Source: an uncultured Peptostreptococcaceae bacterium | GTDB lineage: Bacteria > Bacillota > Clostridia > Peptostreptococcales > BM714 | Direction: 5' to 3' | NCBI GenBank assembly: GCA_964512505.1 | Contig: CAZEHH010000003.1 | Span: 1-59,295 of the forward strand | DNA length: 59,295 nucleotides | Shown: positions 49,521-57,222 of the stretch, piece by piece | Layout: each line of letters starts with the position of its first letter | How positions within the stretch are numbered: position 1 is the stretch's first letter | Position numbers and translations under genes: made by a program | Notes under the pieces: model-generated | The model's input: only the letters and a program-made list of their open reading frames with translations | Told to the model about the DNA's origin: nothing | Databases searched by the model: none

Positions 49521-50492
49521 CTATTTTGCCGTCATATCGACTATTATGTCCTCAATGTCTATTTCGCTTTCCAGCATGCCGTTTTCGATAAGAAATTCTT
49601 GCGTCTTAACCAAATCTTCCATATCGTTTTCGCTTATTTGCGGATTGAAATCGTACCATGCAAACATCGTCTTTACTGCTTCAACATCTATGTTGGTCTC
49701 TTCAGCCGTCATTGCGAAGGTATCGTCAGGATTGTCCTCCATATATTCAAGACTTTTTCTATGTACGTCCATATATGTCTGAACAACTTCGGGATACTTT
49801 TCAATCATTTCACCGCTTGTAGCGATGACGATTGTAGCGTCCAGAAGGCCTTCGCCAGTCTCGATAACCCTGTTTCCCGCTTCAAGAGCAATAGTAACCG
49901 CAGGTCCCGCAACCAATGCCGCATCTGCATTTCCGGAGGAAAGAGCTGCCATTCCGTCTCCTATTCCCATGTTTATGAATTCAACATCGTCCATTGCCAT
50001 TCCGTTTTCCACCAATGCCCCCAAAAGCAATTGATGAAGGATCGTCCCCTTTGGCCCAACTATTTTTTTCCCTTCCAAGTCTTTTATCCCGACTATCGAA
50101 TCATCCTTGGCCATGATTGTAAAAGCCTTTGGAGCCCTGCTGTAAATTCCGATTATTTTAACATCCACGCCATTCGCAGCGGCAAGAATTGCAGAAGTGC
50201 CTCCCAGGGCATTGCAGAAATCCAACGAGCCTGATGCAAGAGCTTCGGTCATCTTGGAACCTTGCGTTATTTCGGGAAATTCCACTTCCATTCCTTCTTC
50301 GCCAAAAGCATCTTCAAAGAGCAGTTTATTCTTTTCAACTATTGACGGCACATTAAGGGGCAATTTCACATATGAAATATTGACCTTTTCTTTTGCCGGA
50401 ACTTCAGTTGTTTCACCCGCACCGCTTGCGCAACCCGATAGAACAGCCATAACCATAAGCATTACCGCCATAAACAATGATAACTTTTTCAT
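49521..50492 (-). CDS. NMT1/THI5-like (SsuA/TauA-type) ABC substrate-binding lipoprotein (start at the ATG after AAAGGAGGG; the track ORF extends to 50522)
   Basis: MKKLSLFMAVMLMVMAVLSGC lipobox, with an SBP body resembling the aliphatic sulfonate/nitrate/HMP family. Confidence 0.82.
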   Translation of the reverse strand: MKKLSLFMAVMLMVMAVLSGCASGAGETTEVPAKEKVNISYVKLPLNVPSIVEKNKLLFEDAFGEEGMEVEFPEITQGSKMTEALASGSLDFCNALGGTSAILAAANGVDVKIIGIYSRAPKAFTIMAKDDSIVGIKDLEGKKIVGPKGTILHQLLLGALVENGMAMDDVEFINMGIGDGMAALSSGNADAALVAGPAVTIALEAGNRVIETGEGLLDATIVIATSGEMIEKYPEVVQTYMDVHRKSLEYMEDNPDDTFAMTAEETNIDVEAVKTMFAWYDFNPQISENDMEDLVKTQEFLIENGMLESEIDIEDIIVDMTAK

Positions 50493-50581
50493 AAAACCCT
50501 CCTTTTCCCCTGATAATTTCAATTCACACCAATTTTCATTCCGTTTTTAAATGTTCCTCCTCCTTTTCAGGTTAATGTTTT

Positions 50582-51346
50582 TTATTGCGCCACAGCTAAT
50601 TTATTCTTGGAATCCATGATGGTGTTCATGGCTTTTTCCCTTAGTCTTGAAAACTTAGCCGAGTGAATGTCCCTTGGATAGTTTTCCTTAATATCAATAT
50701 CTTCCATTATTTTTCCATCATCTATTACAATGAGTCTTTGACCCAGGTAAAGAGCCTCTTCAATATCATGTGTGACAAATACTATTGTTTTTTTGCACGA
50801 ATTGAAAATATGGATCAATTCGTCTTGCAGAATTTTTCTATTGTATGCGTCAAGCGCTCCCAAGGGCTCATCCATCAGTATTACATCCGGTTCGTAACAC
50901 AGGGTTCTTCCCAAAGCAACCCTTTGCGCCATGCCTCCGGATATCTGGCTCGGATATGCGTCTTTAAACCCATCCAAACCAAGGATTTCAAGATATTTGT
51001 TTACGGTGCTTTCGACTTTTCCACTGTCATTTTCGTTTTCGAGTGAAAAAGCCATGTTTTGTTTTACGGTCAACCACGGCATCAGGCGCGGTTCTTGGAA
51101 CACAATGGACATTTTGGGGCATTTCCCGCACTCTCTGCCATTTTCCATATACAGGACTTCTCCGCCGCTTTTTTCTTCAAGCCCGCATAAGATTCTCAAA
51201 AGCGTAGTTTTCCCGCAACCGCTCTTTCCCACAATAGTCACAAAGCTTTGTTTTTCCACAAAAAGATCCATGCCCTCAAAAACCGGCACTTCCTTTTTTT
51301 TAAGCATAAAAATCTTTGATAAGTTCCTGATTTTTATCCCTGTCAT
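50582..51346 (-). CDS. ABC transporter ATP-binding protein (NitT/TauT family)
   Basis: Walker A GKSGCGKTT, signature ISGGMAQRVAL, Walker B ILMDEP. The ATG at 51346 follows GGGAGGGTG. Confidence 0.9.
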   Translation of the reverse strand: MTGIKIRNLSKIFMLKKKEVPVFEGMDLFVEKQSFVTIVGKSGCGKTTLLRILCGLEEKSGGEVLYMENGRECGKCPKMSIVFQEPRLMPWLTVKQNMAFSLENENDSGKVESTVNKYLEILGLDGFKDAYPSQISGGMAQRVALGRTLCYEPDVILMDEPLGALDAYNRKILQDELIHIFNSCKKTIVFVTHDIEEALYLGQRLIVIDDGKIMEDIDIKENYPRDIHSAKFSRLREKAMNTIMDSKNKLAVAQ

Positions 51347-52091
51347 GATTTCCACCCTCCCACATCAAGAGTCTGTTGGTCGCTTTCAGGAAAAAATAAT
51401 CTATTCCGCAACCCAATGTGCCTATAACAATTATCCCTACAAAAATTATGTCTATCCTTGACAATTGTTCTGCTTCAATTATCATGTATCCAATGCCCGA
51501 AGAAGCCGCAATTAGTTCGGCTCCCATCAGAGACCTCCAACTGTATCCAAGTCCAAGCTGCATTCCCGCCAATATTGACGGTAGAGCCTGGGGAAGAATG
51601 ATTTTAATCAAGGTTTGCCATCTTGTGAACCCGTACGTCCTTCCGACTTCAACAAGCCTGTTGTCGCATCCTGAAATGCCGCTTACCGTATTTATGAATA
51701 TTGGGAAGAAAGTCGCTAAAATTATCACCGCGATTTTTGAGGTTTCACCGATTCCAAACCACAGTATGAGGAGCGGTATCATGGCTATGGGAGGTATGTG
51801 CCTCACAAACTCAAGAAAGGGAGACAGATATTCAAATGTTTTTTTGTTGAGTCCGACAAGCACCGCCATTGGAAATGCGATTAAAAAGGTTATGACAAAG
51901 CCTGAAAGAACCCTGAAAAGGCTTATGCCCAAATGTCTTATCAGTATCCCATTCTCAGCTAATGCCAATCCGGTGTTAATCACTTTGACCGGATGCGGAA
52001 CTATATATGTATTGAACCATTCCATTTCGGAACCTACCGCCCACAATAGCAAAATTGCCAGCGGAAAAACAATTCCCCTGTATTTTTTCAA
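51300..52091 (-). CDS. ABC transporter permease (NitT/TauT family); probable TTG start at 52091
   Basis: A six-TM BPD-type permease. The track ORF N-terminus (52092..52160) reads through an intrinsic terminator and has no RBS. AGGGAG (rc of 52101-52106) precedes the TTG and gives MKKYRGIVFPLAILLLW. Confidence 0.85.
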   Translation of the reverse strand: MKKYRGIVFPLAILLLWAVGSEMEWFNTYIVPHPVKVINTGLALAENGILIRHLGISLFRVLSGFVITFLIAFPMAVLVGLNKKTFEYLSPFLEFVRHIPPIAMIPLLILWFGIGETSKIAVIILATFFPIFINTVSGISGCDNRLVEVGRTYGFTRWQTLIKIILPQALPSILAGMQLGLGYSWRSLMGAELIAASSGIGYMIIEAEQLSRIDIIFVGIIVIGTLGCGIDYFFLKATNRLLMWEGGNHDRDKNQELIKDFYA

Positions 52092-52136
52092 AAATACTTT
52101 CTCCCTTCGATTCGCCTTATTTTTTTCAAATATAAA

Positions 52137-52156
52137 AGCCTTCCAAAAGGAAGGCT
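52137..52156 (-). terminator. intrinsic terminator inside the leader of the NMT1-type ABC operon
   Basis: The RNA reads AGCCUUCC-UUUU-GGAAGGCU followed by UUUAUAUUUG. Confidence 0.8.
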
Positions 52157-52311
52157 GCATGGTCTATTGTCGCAATGGCAAAATTCTTCGCCGTATACGC
52201 AAGGCTATGTCCTACTCCCTTTTCGAATCAGAATACTCTTTTTCGCAAGGTCATATTCTATTTTCCCAAATATGCGAAGAAGGCTCTCCGCAACTCTGGA
52301 ATATCAATTTC
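52157..52311 (-). promoter_or_regulatory. unclassified structured 5' leader (riboswitch- or attenuator-like) upstream of the leader terminator
   Basis: It lies between a near-consensus promoter and the terminator. Mutually exclusive pairings can be drawn (see findings). I recognise no match to any riboswitch class. Confidence 0.5.
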
Positions 52312-52317
52312 GTTAAC

Positions 52318-52346
52318 ATATTATCAATGTTTCCCCGAAATGTCAA
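52318..52346 (-). promoter_or_regulatory. strong sigma-A promoter (extended -10) of the NMT1-type ABC operon
   Basis: The rc reads TTGACA-17 nt-TAATAT, with TG one nt upstream of the -10. Confidence 0.75.
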
Positions 52347-52459
52347 CCGCATTTAAGTATTGTTGAAAAGTCTTAATCCAACTAATCTCTCCGGCAATAG
52401 ATAATTGCATTCAGGCTGGGTATAAAAGGATTGCACAAATTATTGAAAGGAGGTTTACT

Positions 52460-52918
52460 ATGGATTTCAAATTCAAACTTGTCGAGAAAGAAATTCAGCC
52501 GACTTTGTCCATAAGGACAACAGCCGCTGTTGAAGACTTGCCGATTGTGCTCTCAAAAGCTTATGGTAAAATAATGAACTACTTGTCGGAAATAGGCGAA
52601 TATCCCTCCGATGCTCCTTTTGCAGCCTACTACAACATGGACATGAAGAACCTCGACATCGAAATAGGATTTCCTGTAAAACAAAAGCTGCCCTTGAGAA
52701 ATTACATTGAGCCAAGCGTATTGCCTAAAGGTACGTATGCACAATGCATTCATGTCGGACCCTACAGTGAAATAGGTTCGGCCTACGACGCTTTGATGGA
52801 ATGGATGGATGCGAATGAATACAGATCGAACGGTGTCGCCTATGAGTTTTATCTTAATGACCCTGATAATGTACCGGAGGAAAAGCTTGAAACCCGCATA
52901 ATGTTCCTTATAGAATAA
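52460..52918 (+). CDS. GyrI-like small-molecule-binding domain protein (AraC effector-binding/SOUL-like fold)
   Basis: 152 aa. RBS GAAAGGAGG. The typical GyrI-like pattern is present (IQPTLSIRTTAAVEDLP..., GPYSEIGSAYDALMEWM, EFYLNDP). Confidence 0.75.
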   Translation: MDFKFKLVEKEIQPTLSIRTTAAVEDLPIVLSKAYGKIMNYLSEIGEYPSDAPFAAYYNMDMKNLDIEIGFPVKQKLPLRNYIEPSVLPKGTYAQCIHVGPYSEIGSAYDALMEWMDANEYRSNGVAYEFYLNDPDNVPEEKLETRIMFLIE

Positions 52919-53020
52919 GAGGCTTTTGTTTATCATTCGAGAATCTGCAGCCTCCTTAAAACATCATCGGCTGCCATTTTTTTCAAGAAGCCGCATATTT
53001 TAAACGAAAAAATACAATTT

Positions 53021-53063
53021 AAGGCAAAAGGAATTTTGTTTTCTTTGAAATTCCTTTTGCCTT
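53021..53063. terminator. long perfect hairpin between convergent genes
   Basis: aaggcaaaaggaattt-tgttttctttg-aaattccttttgcctt gives a 16-bp stem. Confidence 0.8.
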
Positions 53064-53065
53064 TG

Positions 53066-53410
53066 TTATGCTTTAATTTCATCTTTCTTTTGAACATAGT
53101 CCTTGGGGTTAGGCGCTTTTACAATAAAAAGCTCCAGAGTCTCTCCATGTTTGTTCATTCCGTTCATCTTTACGTTGCAGGGGATATTTATAATGCTACC
53201 TCTTTCATATTCTATGCTTTCCTGACCGGCCAGGCTCAGCGATACAATCCCCCTTGCAACAATCATATATACATTCGAATTTGAGTAATGCTCCGGAAAA
53301 CCTTCCCCTTTTTTAAAAACCATGTGGTTCAAGTGAATATTCTCATCATTCACTATTCTCTCTATGGTCTTTTCATTTCCTGTATAAAATTCATATATTT
53401 TTTCCAACAA
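53066..53410 (-). CDS. cupin domain protein (re-started at the TTG at 53410; the track ORF extends to 53512)
   Basis: Cupin core GEGFPEHYSNSNVYMIVARGIVSL...GSIINIPCNVKMNGMN. GGAGGTG (rc of 53416-53422) lies 5 nt upstream of the TTG. The hcp terminator lies inside the longer track ORF. Confidence 0.7.
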   Translation of the reverse strand: MLEKIYEFYTGNEKTIERIVNDENIHLNHMVFKKGEGFPEHYSNSNVYMIVARGIVSLSLAGQESIEYERGSIINIPCNVKMNGMNKHGETLELFIVKAPNPKDYVQKKDEIKA

Positions 53411-53458
53411 ATCGTCACCTCCATCTGATTCCTCAAGTATTGATGAATTTTTGAAAAA

Positions 53459-53490
53459 TTCGGGAGCCGCGAACAATCCCGGCTCCCGAA
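53459..53490 (-). terminator. rho-independent terminator of hcp
   Basis: The RNA reads UUCGGGAGCCG-GGAUUGUUCG-CGGCUCCCGAA followed by UUUUUC. It starts 24 nt after the hcp stop. Confidence 0.8.
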
Positions 53491-53513
53491 TATGATCCAG
53501 CAATCCATTCAAT

Positions 53514-55160
53514 TTATGCGAAGAACTGCTCCATATCTTCCTCTACGCTGTTTATGCCGTTTATTCCAAATGTCTCTACAAGCACTTTTGCCACATTTGG
53601 CGACAGGAATGCCGGCAGTGTCGGTCCAAGCTTGATATTCTTTACTCCAAGGTAAAGAAGCGCAAGCAATACTATTACCGCCTTCTGCTCATACCATGCT
53701 ATATTGTATGCTATCGGCAAGTCGTTGATGTCATTGAGTTCGAATACTTCTTTTAGCTTGAGGGCTATGACTGCCAACGAGTATGAGTCGTTGCACTGCC
53801 CGGCGTCGAGGACTCTCGGAATCCCACCGATGTCCCCAAGATCAAGCTTGTTGTAACGGTATTTTGCGCAACCGGCCGTAAGTATAACCGTATCCTCAGG
53901 CAATTTTTCCGCAAACTCCGTATAGTAGGACCTTGACTTCATTCTTCCGTCACAGCCTGCCATCACAAAGAATTTCTTGATGGCGCCGGATTTGACCGCA
54001 TCCACGACCTTGTCCGCCAATGCGAATACCTGCGCGTGCGCGAATCCGCCGACTATGGTTCCATTTTCAATTTCAACAGGCGGATCGAGTTTCTTGGCCT
54101 GCTCGATTATCTCTGAGAAATCCTTCATTCCATTTTCATCGGCAACAATATGCTTGCATCCCGGATATCCTGCTGACCCGGTTGTGTAGATCCTTTCGAT
54201 TTGATCCTCTTTTGGCGGTACAATGCAATTCGTAGTAAAGAGAATAGGTCCGTTGAATGTTGTAAATTCCTCTTTTTGCTTCCACCAGGCATTTCCGTAG
54301 TTGCCAAAGAAATGGTCATACTTCTTGAATGCCGGATAGTAGTTTGCTGGAAGCATTTCGCCATGGGTATATACATCCACTCCCGTTCCCTTTGTCTGCT
54401 CGAGCAGCTGCTCCATGTCTTTCAAATCGTGACCCGTGATAAGTATTGCAGGGTTCTTTCCTACACCTATGTTTACTTCCGTAATCTCAGGATTTCCGTA
54501 TGTTTCAGTATTTGCGGCATCGAGAAGAGCCATTACGTCAACACCGAATTTCCCTGTTTCAAGAGTCAAGGCTACAAGCTCGTCAGCGCTCAATGTGTCA
54601 TCCAGCGTAGATGTCAGAGCCTTGGTTATGAAACCGTAAACATTTTTGTCTTCTTTTCCAAGATTGAATGCATGCTCGGCATATGCGGCAATTCCCTTGA
54701 GTCCGTACGTTATAAGTTCTCTAAGAGAACGGACATCCTCATTTTCGGTTGCAAGAACTCCAACCTGCACCGAATCAGCTTTTGTCTGCATTGCGGCGGC
54801 TGTATCTGCAAACCAAGTGGCAGCATCATGCATGTCAACCAATGAAACGCCTTTTTCCTTTAGTTCTTCCTTCATTTCTTCTCTTAACGCAAGCCCTTCC
54901 CTGATTTTTGCCCTGAAAGCTTCATCATCGAAGTTTGCGTTCGTTATAGTCATGAAAAGCCCTGTCATTGTAAAATGGTCCGCTTTAGGAAATTCAAGGC
55001 CTGCTTTCCGGCCTTCCTCTTTCACCAAGGCAATCCCCTTAAGTGTGTAAATCATAAGATCCTGAAGGTTTGCAACGTAATCCGGCTTTCCGCAAACCCC
55101 TTTGATTGTACAACCTGTTCCTTTTGCCGCTTCCTGGCATTGATAACAAAACATGCTCAT
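53514..55160 (-). CDS. hcp: hydroxylamine reductase / hybrid-cluster protein
   Basis: 548 aa. N-terminal [23 protein letters not shown] cubane-binding motif, with typical Hcp sequence throughout. Confidence 0.96.
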   Translation of the reverse strand: MSMFCYQCQEAAKGTGCTIKGVCGKPDYVANLQDLMIYTLKGIALVKEEGRKAGLEFPKADHFTMTGLFMTITNANFDDEAFRAKIREGLALREEMKEELKEKGVSLVDMHDAATWFADTAAAMQTKADSVQVGVLATENEDVRSLRELITYGLKGIAAYAEHAFNLGKEDKNVYGFITKALTSTLDDTLSADELVALTLETGKFGVDVMALLDAANTETYGNPEITEVNIGVGKNPAILITGHDLKDMEQLLEQTKGTGVDVYTHGEMLPANYYPAFKKYDHFFGNYGNAWWKQKEEFTTFNGPILFTTNCIVPPKEDQIERIYTTGSAGYPGCKHIVADENGMKDFSEIIEQAKKLDPPVEIENGTIVGGFAHAQVFALADKVVDAVKSGAIKKFFVMAGCDGRMKSRSYYTEFAEKLPEDTVILTAGCAKYRYNKLDLGDIGGIPRVLDAGQCNDSYSLAVIALKLKEVFELNDINDLPIAYNIAWYEQKAVIVLLALLYLGVKNIKLGPTLPAFLSPNVAKVLVETFGINGINSVEEDMEQFFA

Positions 55161-55229
55161 TATTATTCCTCCTTTTTCAATTTGTTGTTATTCATGCGTC
55201 AAGCATATAACAATCGCAGTCTGTTTTCG

Positions 55230-55243
55230 GTATCTCAAGTTAC
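55230..55243 (-). promoter_or_regulatory. Crp/Fnr-type (HcpR-like) operator candidate GTAAC-TTGA-GATAC upstream of hcp
   Basis: An imperfect palindrome 17 nt upstream of TGTTATAT (extended -10-like). That element begins exactly 52 nt before the hcp ATG. The same box is found at 58538..58551. Confidence 0.6.
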
Positions 55244-55252
55244 CATTATTTT

Positions 55253-55495
55253 TCAATAGTCTATACCGGCAGCTTTTACGTTGGCCGGGTCGAAAGCATG
55301 GCAAGGCGTAACGCCGTGAACCATGCCGCATTTGGAACACTTTTCCTCAAATTTCGACATTTCGAACGTTTCATTGCATCCTCCGCATACAACATTTAGA
55401 GGCATGGGCATATGCTGTTTTGAAAACCCCATCATCCTTACCTTGTCGACAGTTTCTTTGCCTGTCTGAAAATTTCCCGAACATCCTTCATGCAT
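55253..55495 (-). CDS. small Cys-rich zinc-ribbon-like protein, function unknown
   Basis: 80 aa. Strong RBS AAGGGGGA. CGGC-N13-CSKC plus two further Cys. It is the last gene of the four-gene operon. Confidence 0.7.
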   Translation of the reverse strand: MHEGCSGNFQTGKETVDKVRMMGFSKQHMPMPLNVVCGGCNETFEMSKFEEKCSKCGMVHGVTPCHAFDPANVKAAGIDY

Positions 55496-55511
55496 TGTTT
55501 GTCCCCCTTTC

Positions 55512-56519
55512 TCAGATTACCTTTTCCAATATTTCGCCTTTTCTCAAGTTGCTTCTCAGCGTGCCTATTATCTTGTCGATTCTGTCAAGCTCAATCAGCA
55601 TTCTTCTCTCTTCCTCGCTTGTTTCTATTACTTTGTCTATTCTGCCATTTTTTATGACCAGCCTTTTCCCCGCCATAAGAGCCAGGCTGGGATCGTGCGT
55701 TGCCATAAGAACTATCTTCTCTTCATTAACAAGAAGATTCAAAGCTTTTTTCCTGTCTATGCCAGCATTCTCAATCTCATCTATCAAAACTATCGGTGAT
55801 GTGCTCAGTATTGCCGTATCCGCTATCATCAGCGCCCTGGACTGCCCTCCGCTCAGGCTGGTAATGGGAGTGTCCAATTCGAATTTTTCTCCCGCCAAGT
55901 GATTTGCCGCATCCACTATCCTTAAAATAATCTCCTGCTCGTTTTCAACCATACGGCTTTGGGCATGCAATTCCAGAAATTCGCTTACGGTCAAATCCAT
56001 GACAAAATTCATGTTTTGGGACAATTGAGCGACAAGCTTGTTGGCTGAAGACAGCCTCCACCTGCTGTCGGGCCTCTTCCCATTTATCAAAATCACTCTT
56101 TCAGTAGGGGTATCCTTGTTCGCCACCCATTCTATGTCCGCCAACAGGCGGCTTTTGCCGGATCCGGTCGGACCCACTATTGTAACAATCTCGCTTCTGT
56201 TAATTGTTATTTGTTCAAAATTTTCTTTATTCCCGTCCTTGTCGAAGCCCGCCACTATGGTCAGAGAATCTACTCGCTCATCGCCTTTGATACCCAAAAA
56301 CTCAAGCATTTGTCGAATGTACATCAAAAAATCCACTTTTATCTTCTCGGGATCTATTGCCCAATCCTCTATTTCTTCTTCAGTGAAATGATCCAAGTAT
56401 TGCTCTAAAGTGCTGTCTTCATACCCTTTGATATCTAAATTATTGTTTTGGAAAAACGAGATGGCAAAAGGATATTTGTTTTCAATTTCACTTATCTTCA
56501 TCTTTTCAAATTCTCTCAT
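55512..56519 (-). CDS. soluble ABC-type ATPase with an N-terminal DUF1858-like domain (no cognate permease)
   Basis: Walker A GPTGSGKS, signature LSGGQSRAL, Walker B VLIDEIE, H-loop ATHD. The N-terminal ~100 aa (KISEIENKYPFAISFFQNNNLDIKGYEDSTLEQYL) resembles DUF1858/ScdA_N. The ATG at 56519 lies 1 nt after the upstream stop. The track ORF starts at 56537. Confidence 0.8.
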   Translation of the reverse strand: MREFEKMKISEIENKYPFAISFFQNNNLDIKGYEDSTLEQYLDHFTEEEIEDWAIDPEKIKVDFLMYIRQMLEFLGIKGDERVDSLTIVAGFDKDGNKENFEQITINRSEIVTIVGPTGSGKSRLLADIEWVANKDTPTERVILINGKRPDSRWRLSSANKLVAQLSQNMNFVMDLTVSEFLELHAQSRMVENEQEIILRIVDAANHLAGEKFELDTPITSLSGGQSRALMIADTAILSTSPIVLIDEIENAGIDRKKALNLLVNEEKIVLMATHDPSLALMAGKRLVIKNGRIDKVIETSEEERRMLIELDRIDKIIGTLRSNLRKGEILEKVI

Positions 56520-56520
56520 A

Positions 56521-57222
56521 TTAATCATCACCTTCACTCAATTTGATTTTTCTGATGTTCCCCATCTGATAATCTTCTCCAATTCTTTTTTCTCCAAGAC
56601 AGTATGAGCATAGCGCGGAAGGCATCGAAAACCTGAGCTCTTTTCCTTTGACTGTTTCTATATCCTCTTTTTCATCATACAGTAGAGTGCTGAGTTCATA
56701 CGCACCCTGACCCGTCAGTCCGTTTATATGCATCGTTGTCGCTTTTGAGTTTACAGAACGGACCTTTGATGCGAACACTTCCCTTTCTGCCTGTGACACT
56801 ATGTCTCCCTTTGTTATCACAACTATATCCGCTGTCTTAAGCATTGGTCCGATTTTCTTGGGAGTGTTTATTCCACTCAGATTGTCAATTACGCATACCG
56901 CTTTCACGTCCCTGATATACGGAGAACAGCGATTGCATAGTCCTGCGCTCTCTGTAATCAAAACGTCAAGCTTCTCTTTCCTTCCCCATTGCACGACCTC
57001 TTCTATATTGCTTACAAAGTAATGATCCGGGCAAAGGGAGCCTGACAACCCTTTTTTCACAGGAACCCCCGCTTTTTTATATAGAAGGTCGTCATCGGTA
57101 TAAAGGCAGTCGAATTTAACCACCCCTACCTTTAGCTTTCGCTGCTTCATTGCATGTATAGTCTTTAATATTATGGATGTTTTTCCTGAAGATGGGGGCC
57201 CTGAAATTGTAATCAGATTCAT
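56521..57222 (-). CDS. G3E-like (HypB/UreG/CobW-related) P-loop NTPase, putative metallochaperone
   Basis: MNLITISGPPSSGKTS Walker A, ESAGLCNRC in place of the G3E ExxG/Cys metal motif, TKGD in place of NKxD, and C-terminal CSYC. Its ATG overlaps the upstream stop (ATGA). Confidence 0.75.
   Translation of the reverse strand: MNLITISGPPSSGKTSIILKTIHAMKQRKLKVGVVKFDCLYTDDDLLYKKAGVPVKKGLSGSLCPDHYFVSNIEEVVQWGRKEKLDVLITESAGLCNRCSPYIRDVKAVCVIDNLSGINTPKKIGPMLKTADIVVITKGDIVSQAEREVFASKVRSVNSKATTMHINGLTGQGAYELSTLLYDEKEDIETVKGKELRFSMPSALCSYCLGEKRIGEDYQMGNIRKIKLSEGDD

Noticed and set aside
49407-50234. Long plus-strand ORFs antisense to minus-strand genes, for example 49407..50234 (275 aa), 51418..52356 (312 aa), 32817..33632 (271 aa), 2959..3723 (254 aa) and 30850..31590 (246 aa).
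   Set aside because: Their translations are low-complexity and Ser/Leu/Phe/Ile-rich, with no recognisable motifs. They have no RBS and overlap well-supported genes completely. They are typical shadow ORFs of AT-rich genomes.
52092-52160. N-terminal extension (MQPSFWKAFIFEKNKANRREKVF) of the ABC permease in the ORF track.
   Set aside because: The ATG has no Shine-Dalgarno sequence, and the first codons spell the stem-loop of an intrinsic terminator. A TTG with an AGGGAG RBS downstream gives a normal permease N-terminus.
52157-52311. The leader of the NMT1-type ABC operon as a TPP riboswitch, a yybP-ykoY (Mn) riboswitch or a PyrR binding site.
   Set aside because: - TPP: there is no CUGAGA ... 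ACCUGAUCUGGAUAAUGCCAGCG-type core.
- Mn: GGGAGUAG (in AAAAGGGAGUAGGACAUAG) resembles the Mn-riboswitch L1 motif, but the partner elements are absent or in the wrong order.
- PyrR: UUCCAGAG resembles the start of the box UCCAGAGAGGCU but diverges after 7 nt.

The leader is left as unclassified.
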